64,000 bases of DNA, taken from NCBI GenBank assembly GCA_963693055.1, contig OY843751.1, positions 4,736,001 through 4,800,000 of the forward strand, in the 5' to 3' direction. Below are positions 37,898 to 48,300 of this stretch, piece after piece. Position 1 is the first letter of the stretch; every line of letters starts with the position of its first letter. This DNA comes from a bacterium. GTDB taxonomy: Bacteria > Zhuqueibacterota > Zhuqueibacteria > Residuimicrobiales > Krinioviventaceae. The notes beneath the pieces were generated by a model. It saw nothing but the letters and a program-made list of their open reading frames with translations, ran no database searches and was not told the origin of the DNA. Both the position numbers and the translations under genes were made by a program.

Positions 37898-39689
37898 ATT
37901 CTACTTCCACTCGTGAAAAATCAGTTGTTCCTCTGCATTGAATTTTAAGAAACCTTGAATATACCGGAAACCTGTCAGCCTCATACAATACGGCTGCCGG
38001 TTGTACATTTCGAAAACCCGGAAAATTAAAATCTGACCTTTTTAATTGCAAAGGTATATATTGTTTTCCGTTTTGAGAAACCCAAAAATGTGGATCAAAA
38101 ACCGTATCCGGAAAACAGGTCAACAAGCTTATTGCTTTCATCTGACCGGGTAAATGGTATTCAAGGACCGTTCCTGAATCTGCCCTCAAACAATTTTCAT
38201 CAGGCAGTCCTGTATCACATTGCCTCGATAGCAGATCAAAGGATCCATCTTTAATTATTACATTATCATTTGTATTAAAATGATCAATAAATGTATAAAA
38301 ATCAACCTTTTTCGACAAAACAGGCGCAGATGGGGCAGAGCCTCCGGCTTGATTTACGGCAATTACCCGATAATAATAATGGTTACCGGTCCTAACGGTT
38401 GTATCGTGATAAAGTGGATCAAAATAATTTCCTGTATCCACAACCCTGGCAACTGGGTGCCATCTACCCGTCAATCCATGTGCGCGTTCCAGAACATAAT
38501 ATTCTGCACCCACTGATCCCCGCCAGTTAATAGCAGATACATTTGTTACCGGTAACATTTGGGGAATTCCGGGAGCCCTGAGGTTTTGCTCTTCTTTATC
38601 ATTTATTTGACAGTTGTAATTTATTATCATTCCAGGGATTGTACTTTTTAGATTCTCTTGCACTCTGGTCCCGGTCCAGCAAAATGATCCATTATAAGCA
38701 GACTCTGAACAACAAAAGTGATAGTATCCACCATCTCTGCTGTGAAAATTTAAATTTGAAACAAAAGCACCGCTCGCGTTCATCTCAATAGCCTGCTCAA
38801 GCAATGGCAAACAAGCAGCATTATGACTCTGACATATCAAATACCATGGTTTAATAAAATCTGTGCTATCCATTATAGATTTTATGTCAACTAGATTATT
38901 AACAATCGAATCACAATCCATATTTAGGGTCAAGATATCAATATTTGGCTCAGAAAAAATTGCAGAATGTTTGTCAAAATCAAATAAACCCAAAGCCAGT
39001 AGATGATTGGAATCCATCTTTTTAATAAATCCTGACATTAACCGGGTCCACTCATCAGGAGCGTCAATGTCAGAACAAAGCTCCCATGCTAAAATGGCTT
39101 TATCTTTATTATATTGTTTACCGGTATAAATATTTTTCCTGCTCAGTAAATAGCGAATGGTTTCCTGAAAATCATGAACAACCAGGGGATCACTCCAAAA
39201 AGCATCCACCGGCTTTTCCCGGAATGCTGTATAATCAGCAATCTCGCCCCAACGACGATCATTTCCTGTCAAAGGTATTACAAGATGAATTCCCATCATA
39301 TTAGCATAAAACAATATTTTGTCCAAAGCCTGAAAAGCAGTTTCGTTAAATACACCGGGAGATTCAACATGCACAGGTCGATCTGGCGGATCATCAAGTG
39401 TTCTTACGGTCAGCGGATTCATTCTGACAACATCAATACCCATTTGTTTTACAGTATTCAATGCGTCAAGGATCTCAAAATCAACCGGGAACCGCCATGG
39501 CAACTCTGCACCATAACGATAATTGTTATCAATATAATGCAAATTCGGTATTGTAAATGATACAAAACGGATTTCTTTATCACCCGAGAATAATCTGCCA
39601 CTATCTGCACTTGTGAATGAGTGAAACAAGGTATCCGCAAACAAGATCGAAGGTATGATTAAGAATAAAAAACCGCATTTTATCTTCAT
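37887..39689 (-). CDS. GH5 mannanase-like protein with FN3, catalytic Glu residues apparently absent
   Basis: RFVSFTIPNLH, LDKIL...GIHLVIPL, AILAWELCSD, INWRGSVGA FN3; signal peptide. Confidence 0.7.
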   Translation of the reverse strand: MKIKCGFLFLIIPSILFADTLFHSFTSADSGRLFSGDKEIRFVSFTIPNLHYIDNNYRYGAELPWRFPVDFEILDALNTVKQMGIDVVRMNPLTVRTLDDPPDRPVHVESPGVFNETAFQALDKILFYANMMGIHLVIPLTGNDRRWGEIADYTAFREKPVDAFWSDPLVVHDFQETIRYLLSRKNIYTGKQYNKDKAILAWELCSDIDAPDEWTRLMSGFIKKMDSNHLLALGLFDFDKHSAIFSEPNIDILTLNMDCDSIVNNLVDIKSIMDSTDFIKPWYLICQSHNAACLPLLEQAIEMNASGAFVSNLNFHSRDGGYYHFCCSESAYNGSFCWTGTRVQENLKSTIPGMIINYNCQINDKEEQNLRAPGIPQMLPVTNVSAINWRGSVGAEYYVLERAHGLTGRWHPVARVVDTGNYFDPLYHDTTVRTGNHYYYRVIAVNQAGGSAPSAPVLSKKVDFYTFIDHFNTNDNVIIKDGSFDLLSRQCDTGLPDENCLRADSGTVLEYHLPGQMKAISLLTCFPDTVFDPHFWVSQNGKQYIPLQLKRSDFNFPGFRNVQPAAVLYEADRFPVYSRFLKIQCRGTTDFSRVEVEYGN

Positions 39690-39905
39690 GGGACTCTCTA
39701 AGAATAGGAAACTATTGTATACCTATTTTCTATTGTACAAATTTTAACTATTGTATAAAGACAGAGTATGCTCTCAAAAATCCATGCGGGAAATGAAAAA
39801 ACAATCAAACAAATCTTGTAAAAGGTAAAATACATTACAATTTTACTCAAGGTACGAAACATGCAAATATAATTCAAGAATTTATACAAATATTATCTAA
39901 AAGTT

Positions 39906-39927
39906 GAGTTGTATCACTTTACAACTC
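39906..39927. promoter_or_regulatory. Perfect palindrome, possible transcription-factor operator
   Basis: GAGTTGTA-tcactt-TACAACTC in a divergent intergenic region. Confidence 0.5.
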
Positions 39928-39957
39928 GAAAAAAAACTGTATTTTCAAAAAAAACAA

Positions 39958-39987
39958 TTGACTAACATAATAATTTTTAATAAGTTG
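39958..39987 (+). promoter_or_regulatory. Putative housekeeping promoter
   Basis: TTGACT-N17-TAAGTT(G). Confidence 0.55.
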
Positions 39988-40050
39988 AAAATTATGGGGT
40001 CAAAACTCTAAAAAACATTAACATACAACAAAATCAAGATGGAGGGTATA

Positions 40051-41943
40051 ATGAAACGTGTACTGTTATTGTTACTATTCTTAATTCCATTACAAATCTT
40101 TGCGGTCTCAAACCTAAAGCTGAATGGTTCAGCTTCCACCACAATCACCTCTTTTCCCGCAGATATTGTAATGACTTGCGATCTTGCTTCTAATGGAAAT
40201 TCCGCTCAGGTTGAAGTATACATGGATTTAGAAGGTAACGGGGTATTGAGTGCTACTGATCAAATTATTGATTACTCGGTAATTACTGATGGAATTGGTT
40301 GGATTACATACCCCCCAGATCGTGACGAAGACATCATTGGTGACGAAACCGGTGTAAATGGCAAAATTCAATCTACACTGTCACTGTCTAATGATCTCGA
40401 CATTCTCACAGCAGGACAGTTTATCATCAAAGTTACTGACGCAAATGGTTCTACAGCACAGGCAATTTTAACGGTTAATATCCAACCTAAGCCACCATAC
40501 ATTTCAGGTACCGTTACTGATAAAAACAACGGAACACCTGTTGCATTAGCAATTGTATGGGCAGAAAGTCAATCAGAAGAGTACCCCGATGGCGCAGGCA
40601 TTACCGATGTAAATGGCAACTATTTTATCAACCTTGAACCGGGAACATACAAAGTTGGCGCAACCAGCTTGCTTTCAAGCACCCATCAACCATCAGACTC
40701 TGTCGATGTAACGCTTGGTGCAACAGAAACAAAAACCGTAAACCTTCAGATGCCGCCATATGCGTCTTTTGTTGAAGGATATGTTAAAACAGAAGCCGAC
40801 GTGGGTGTGCCTGACATTATGTTGCTGGTTTACGGAACAGGATTAAACGCTCTTTTTGGTAACTTTACTTATACTGATGCCAATGGTTACTATAAAATTG
40901 GCGTAATGCCAGGTGAAGTTGCAATAGGAGCACCTACATTTTTACAGGAAAACATTTCATCCGATTATTACATTGAACCCTCTGCGGATACACTGAACGT
41001 TAATGAGGGCCAAACAGCAACAAGAAACTTTACAGCCAAAATGTATACCACCTTTATTACCGGTAAATGTACAGTTAACGGCGAACCTTTGGCCGGAGTT
41101 TCCATAGACGCAACTTCAATAAACATGCAAACCTTTGAATTCAATGTTTTCTCAGCAACTACGGGTGCAGATGGTACTTATAAAATGGGTGTAAAGCCGG
41201 GCAACATCCAGGCGCTCATGGCAAGCAAAGACGGATTCACCATGACTGATCCTGCTGAAGGATATTTTAGTCTAAATGTCAGCGAAGGTCAAACCCTGGA
41301 GAATAAAGATTTTGGTTTTACAGCAGAATCTGATGTAAATGCTATTTCCGGCCAGGTAACATTTGAAAACGGTTCCCCGGCTGAAAATGTGTATGTAGTT
41401 GCAATTGATGATTTTGATGAATCCGCAACCAGTTACAGAATTATTTACACAGATGCAAACGGTAACTATAATTTTACAGGTCTTGAAGACGGCTACTGGA
41501 AAGTTGGCGTTTATAAAGACGGTTATTACACAGACCCCTATATGCGTTTTTATGACATATGGTATTCCGGTGAATTGACCGGTGCTGACTTTGTATTGAA
41601 AGAGGGCCGCCCTACAGGTATTGGTGATCTGGCAGATTCCGCTTCTCCGGAAGCTTTTCAACTGTCACAAAACTATCCCAATCCATTCAACATGAGAAGC
41701 GGAGCAACGGCAACACAAATCCATTTTTCTCTCAATACCCACAAAGATGTAGATATTTCAATTTTCAACATCAATGGACAGCTAGTCCATAAAGCACATT
41801 TGGGCCAAATGACATCAGGTATACACAGTTTTCAATGGGACGGACGAGACATGTCTGGCTCTGTTGTACCTTCTGGCACCTATTTCTACCGCTTTAAAGC
41901 AGGAGATCAGGTGCTCACCAAACAAATGATGATCATCAAATAA
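40051..41943 (+). CDS. Secreted protein with four carboxypeptidase-regulatory-like (Cna-B-like) repeats and FlgD-Ig/T9SS-type CTD
   Basis: Repeated ISGxVT...TDANGxY units; QNYPNPFN; GGAGGG RBS before 40051. Confidence 0.85.
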   Translation: MKRVLLLLLFLIPLQIFAVSNLKLNGSASTTITSFPADIVMTCDLASNGNSAQVEVYMDLEGNGVLSATDQIIDYSVITDGIGWITYPPDRDEDIIGDETGVNGKIQSTLSLSNDLDILTAGQFIIKVTDANGSTAQAILTVNIQPKPPYISGTVTDKNNGTPVALAIVWAESQSEEYPDGAGITDVNGNYFINLEPGTYKVGATSLLSSTHQPSDSVDVTLGATETKTVNLQMPPYASFVEGYVKTEADVGVPDIMLLVYGTGLNALFGNFTYTDANGYYKIGVMPGEVAIGAPTFLQENISSDYYIEPSADTLNVNEGQTATRNFTAKMYTTFITGKCTVNGEPLAGVSIDATSINMQTFEFNVFSATTGADGTYKMGVKPGNIQALMASKDGFTMTDPAEGYFSLNVSEGQTLENKDFGFTAESDVNAISGQVTFENGSPAENVYVVAIDDFDESATSYRIIYTDANGNYNFTGLEDGYWKVGVYKDGYYTDPYMRFYDIWYSGELTGADFVLKEGRPTGIGDLADSASPEAFQLSQNYPNPFNMRSGATATQIHFSLNTHKDVDISIFNINGQLVHKAHLGQMTSGIHSFQWDGRDMSGSVVPSGTYFYRFKAGDQVLTKQMMIIK

Positions 41944-41950
41944 ACTCACA

Positions 41951-41975
41951 AGGCCGCGCAAATTCTGCGCGGCCT
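41951..41975 (+). terminator. Terminator-like hairpin
   Basis: AGGCCGCGCA-aattc-TGCGCGGCCT just after the stop; weak T-tract. Confidence 0.6.
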
Positions 41976-42310
41976 ATTATATCGCTTTGATACACCTTGT
42001 TAAATCTTGGAACATTTCACAAATTAAAATACGTTTTCCCGGTTACATCACTTGAAACACAGTAAAAATTAAAATGAACATGAACAAGCCAAACACTGGG
42101 AATCAACCGGCCTAATCCATTAATAAACAATCTATTAAAACTAAAAACATATTGTGGCATTTTAAACTGTTTCGTTGTATATTATTATTATCTGTGTAAA
42201 TTTATTTTGGCAAACAAAAACAGTAAAGGGGTCTGGTTTTTGCATTTCGGGAGGTACTGTTTTGTATATTGGCAACTTTTTACAACATATTGAAAACTTG
42301 AGGAAATTGA

Positions 42311-45300
42311 ATGCGGTCATTTATTACAGGTATCCCGATTGTTCTAATAATACTGGTATTGATACCCAATGTTTACGCTGGTAATCCCCCTACCCATACA
42401 ACGCTGTTATATTCCAGCAGTCTTGATAGCGACAATGATCCTGCTGTTGGTCAGATAACTAACAATAGCGGTCAATTTATTACAGGGTCCGGCTGGAAAG
42501 CAACAAACGAAAGCAGTCAGCTCATGATCACCTTGCCTTCAGGGCTTCCCCTGGAAGGTACTTTTTCAGTTCAGGTAACCAATTTCAATCCGGCTGTACA
42601 AAATATTAGCGACAAACAGCAGATCATTAACCTGTATTCTCAAGCAAACGGAAGTAAAGATATTCTGGGCACCCATGGTTCCTGGATCAATATTCGTACC
42701 GGTACCGGTTATTCTGATGGAGCAGGTATGGCCGGTTACAAAATGCTTGCCGCCTATGACGGACAACGACACGAAGATCGCTATATGCATGACGCAACCT
42801 GGAATGTAAACCGGACTTATGAATTTAAACTGGTTTGGAATGAAACCAGTGTCTGGACCATTGTGGATGATGTTGTACAGGGCGAAATGGAAATGACCGG
42901 TTCACCAACTGAGCTTTTCCGTTACATCTTTTTAGGTACCGACAATGTATATGTAGCCCAACCCGGACCTATTTACAAAAATATGCGCATATATTCTTCA
43001 CAAGACCCTTCTAGCGATGTATTGCTCTTTACCGATATAACGAGTCAGGCCGGTGTTGGCGGCGTTGATCCTGAAGGCTATGGCCATGGTGTTAATTTCA
43101 GCGACTTTAATCTGGATGGCTATCTCGATATCATGTCATCCAATGCGGGTGGCCCAACCATGCCTGAAGAATTTTATCTCAATCAGCAAAACAACACCTT
43201 TAGCGAGATTGCTTCATCCAGAAATATCTCTGATGAAGGCCATACGCATGGTATTATCAGTGCCGACTGGGACAATGATGGTGATCTCGATGTATTTATG
43301 ACCAATCAACCCGTAAACGCAACCAATCCACCTCCAGGCAGGAACCGCATGTATCGCAATGACGGGAATGGCAATTTTACAGACGTTTCGGATCTGGTTG
43401 GTATAGAAGAAGAATATTTTTTCAGCCGTGGTGCGGTAGCCTCCGATATTAACAATGACGGCTGGCTTGATCTGTATGTATTGAACTGGGGTGATCCCAA
43501 TGTTTTATACTTAAATGATGGTGACGGTACATTTACGCGAGTAAACCGTGGCACAGACGGCCCCGCAGGTGATGAAAATGGCCGCCAGGGCGTTACTGCC
43601 GCAGATGTTGATAATGATGGCGATATAGACTTTTATGTCTGTCGTCGTGAAGCAGAAAACTGGTTATTCATCAATGACGGTAACGGAAATTTCACCAATG
43701 AAGCTTCCGCCCGTGGTGTAAATGTGGGTGATCGCTCACATGGTGCCGCTTTTGTTGATATTGATAATGATGGTGATCTTGATCTGTTCATCATGAACTA
43801 TGCGCTGGGTGGAACAGCTTCTATCCCCAGAATGAGCGCGTTTTACAATAATGGTAATGGTTACTTTACCGACCAAACCGACAAATACAATATTTATGTC
43901 AGTGGTTATTCATTAATCTTTGGCGATGTAGACAATGATGCCGACCAGGACATGTATCTTATCAGAAATGATGAAAAAGAAGAAGGTACAACTCCCAAGC
44001 TTTATTTAAACGATGGTAACGGCAACCTGACACTTCGAAATATTGCAGGTGCATCTCCAGGAATCTCGGGTGCTCGTGGAGCAGGATTTGGTGATATTGA
44101 TAACGACGGCGATCTTGATGCTTATATTGCAGCCGTTTATACCGATAATGTCTTATTACGTAACGACCTTAGCAGCGACAATCATTATATTGATGTATTG
44201 TGTATTGGCCCTGGTGGTGATTACGGTGGTTATGGCTCCAAAGTCAGTGTGTATGAATCGGGTCATATGGGTGACGTCAACTATTTGCTAGGCTATCAGG
44301 AAGCAGTTACAACCGTTGCTTACATGTGTCAAAATCAAACTGCATTGCATTTTGGTCTTGCACAAAACACAGCCTGTGATATCAAAGTAGAATTTACAAA
44401 CGGACAAATTGCAGAATATTATTCTGTTTCAGCAGACCAGTTCTTTGAGGTAACTGCTAACCCACCGGTACCTACATCCATAGCACGGGTTTCCAATGCT
44501 GTCCTTTCCGGTCCCGCCGGACAAGTACTGGCCGATTCAGCAAAAATTCAGGTAGTAGATGAAAGCGGACGCGGTGTTCCTAACCATACTGTCTCTTTTC
44601 AGATAACAAACGGTGGTGGTACACTGAATGGCTCTACCCGCACCCAGGTTGACACAACAACAGACAACCACGGATATGCAGCAATCGGTTGGAAAATTGG
44701 AACAGATGTAAATATTATTAATACATTATCTGTCAGCGCCCAAAACGAAGGCATTGATCTGATTGGATCACCCATGAATTTCACAGCCAATGTGAATCCT
44801 GGTGCGGATACACTCATTACAAAACATGCCGGTGATTTACAAAACTCGGTCCCGGAAATTCCTCTGCCAGATTCAATCCAGGTACGGATTCATGATACAT
44901 GGGGTAATCCTCATGCCAATGCTAATGTCAACTTTACTGTCATCAGCGGTAACGGAAACATTGATGGATCAGTTTCCAAAGTTGTACAAACCAATGCGGC
45001 AGGTATTGCTTCAGTACAATGGACGCTTGGAGAAGCAGAAGGTGAAAACGCTCACTCTTTAAAAGCCTCTCTGGCTTCAGAACCTCTGACAAGTGTAACC
45101 TTTTTGGCCTCAACTTCTTTGGCTCCTATAAAAACTTTGAAATATATTTCCGGCAATAATCAAACCGGCACAGTAACACAAGACCTTGCAAACCCCTTTG
45201 TTGTGCAGTTATTAGACAGTCTGGGGAATCCCCGTGGTGGATTTGATATACTCTTCAAGGTGACCGGTGGAAGCGGTAATCTTGGCGGTCTAGCAGAACA

Positions 45301-48300
45301 AACCGTTAAAACAGACGTAACCGGTAAAGCCTCAGTCACACTAACCCTGGGACAAGCAGCCGGTACAAACCTCAACACTGTTGAAGCAAGCTATGCGGAA
45401 TTGGATGATAAAATAATTTTCACCGCTTCTGCAACATCAGGCACTGCCAGCAAGATTAACAAAACAAGTGGTGACAACCAGAGCGCAGGTGTAGGGCAAA
45501 CATTGACAAATCCTCTCAAAGTCAGGGTATTGGATGTCTATAATAATCCAGTTTCAGGGCATAATGTAATCTTTACTGTCAATAACAACAAAGGTTTGGT
45601 TAATAACAACTTGTCGGCAACGGTACAAACCGATGCCAGTGGCTATGCAACAGCAGACTTTTCAATGGATAATGAGCCGGGAACGCATTCAGTAACGGTA
45701 ACTTCAACATATAACAGCGTTCCGTTAACAGGATCGCCCATCACATTTACTGCTACTGCTACATCAGAACCAACCACACTCGTCAAAGTATCCGGAGACA
45801 GCACAACCGGTATCGTTGGTCAACCCATAACTTTGCCGCTTCAGGTCAAAGTTACCGATGATAATGGTTTTCCGGTCAGCAACTATCCTGTTACTTTTGT
45901 ATCTGAAAGCGGTGGAGCAACATTTGAAGGCAATCTTCAAATTCAACAAACCACCAACGAACAGGGTATTGCTTCAGTATATCCAACACTGGGTGAACGT
46001 GTTGGGCCGTATGTATATATTTTTACCGCTAAAGCGTTTTTTGAAGGTGGATCTCACCTGAATAGTTCTCCGTTGACATTTCGTTTATCAGCAAAAAGCA
46101 CCCGTGCCGAAAAAATTGAGCTAATTGCCGGCGCAAACCAAAACGGTCAGGCGGGTGAATATCTTGCATCTGCAATTCAAGTGCTGATTACAGACAATGA
46201 GAATAATGTAATAGCCAATCATAATGTAAACTTTACCGTTAAACAGGGCAGTGGTAAATTAGGTACCAGTAAAGCCAATAGCCTTACTATAAAATCCGGG
46301 GCAAACGGTGTTGCCAAAGTTAATTTCATGCTTGGCAGCGAAATTGGCGACAGTGTTCATGTAGTAGAGATCACCTCGGATGATGGCATAGAGGTTCTCG
46401 AAAACTCGCCCCTATATGCTTATGGCAGTGCCGAATACGGGCAACCGAACGCGGATAGTTCAAAGCTTTATATTTCAGATTCCGTTGTACCCGCAGACGG
46501 CACCTCAGAATTGCTGGTATCTGCACAATTAAAAGATTCTCAGGGACTACCGGTTCCCGGTGAAACGGCTGAATTTATGATTACAGGTGATGGAAATACC
46601 ATTACACAATCAGAAGGCCCTTCTGATGAAAATGGTATGGTCAGCGCACGAATCACTTCTACCGTTGCACAAAGTAAAACAGTAACCGCAAAAATAACAG
46701 ACAAAGCAATAACCATTAATGACACCAAAGTTGTTGAATTTACAGCCGGTCCAGCGGATGCTATTGAAATCGCATCTGGTGATGATCAATCCGGTACTAT
46801 CAATTCAGTTTTGCAGCAGCCGCTCATCGTTCAGGTTGTTGATGCAATGGGTAATGCCATATCAAATCATCCGGTACAATTTGCAATCGCCACAGGCAAT
46901 GGATCACTTGATCCCACACAGGTTGAAAACACGAATGACTCGGGTAAAACCCAAACCAACTGGATTTTGGGTCCACAAATTGGCTCTCAAACGGTAACCG
47001 CAACAGCACAAGGTATTGCCCAATCCGTTACCTTTACCGCAACCGCGCAAATGCCTGGTACGGCATACATTACCAAAGTTAAAGGGGATGAACAATTTGC
47101 TTCACCCGGTACAATTTTTAGCGATTCTTTAACAGTCAAGATTGTTGATGAAAACAATAAACCCATCAGCGGCACCCCGGTTAAATTCAGTATAGAACAA
47201 GGTGATGCCTCTTTTACCAGCATTTCATCCATAAACAGCGATAGTTATGGTTTAGCCAGAATTCAACTTTTGGCCGGACAACTGTTGGGTACTGTAACTA
47301 TTAACGCGTCAATCAATGAAACATCAAGCGTAGATTTTCTCTGCTCGGTTTCCTCCTCCCTACCCGATACGCTGATCCACATTCTGGGAGACAATACAGA
47401 AGGTACAGTCGATGCTACCATTTATCCGCTTACTGCCAAAGTGCTTGATAATAACGGAGTAGCTATCTCGGGTGTACCCATAACCTTTGCAAGCTTGACA
47501 GCTGGCGGACAAGTAATAGATGAACAACCCATTCGAACCACCAGTAACGGTCAGGCATCCGCACGGGTAAAACTGGGAACCATAGCAGGTGAATATATTT
47601 TTACCGCATCTAATGCGTCAATCAAAGGCTCGCCTGTCACCTTTACGCTTAAAGCGCTGCCAGACAATGCATCTGACATTGTCGTTAAAAGTGGCAATGA
47701 GCAGACCGGTGAAGCACTTGCAACCCTGGCAGATTCACTTACAGTGCAGGTTGTAGATGAGTATCAAAACGGTGTTGCCGGTGTACAGGTCGTATTTACA
47801 GTAGGTTCCGGTCAGGGCAGCATTCAAGCCGAGTCTCCCTTAATTACCAATAATAATGGCCTGGCTTCCGCAGAATGGACATTGGGCGCATCTGGCACAC
47901 AGCAAGTAAATGTAACCTCTGGTGTGCTTCCTGGTAAATCAGCCCAGTTTACAGCCAATTTAAAAGCGAATAATCTACCGGTCATTCAGGTTGTTACAGA
48001 TACAACTATAACCGAAAACCAGACTTTGATTTTTACTGTACAGGCGAACGATCCTGAAGGTACTGCTGTAACATTGTCTGCATCCAATCTTCCGGCAGGA
48101 GCGGAATTTGATTCACTTGAGACCTGGCAATTCAGTTGGACACCCGGATATAATTCACAGGGAGATTATACCATTCGCTTCACTGCAACGGATGAAAATG
48201 GCGGTACCGCAATTCAAGATGTCGCTCTGCATGTTGCAAACATGAACCGAAAACCGGTTGTACAATCCACAATTCCGGAACAGACAACCCTTTCTCTGAA

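Noticed and set aside
39698-39889. Small intergenic ORFs 39698..39889, 42175..42384, 28814..29002 and 29250..29591
   Set aside because: No convincing RBS or protein features; they lie in promoter regions or overlap better-supported genes.
42228-42245. Possible sigma54 promoter (GG-N10-GC) before the 2261-aa gene
   Set aside because: The -24 element GGGTCT is far from TGGCAC and is likely chance.
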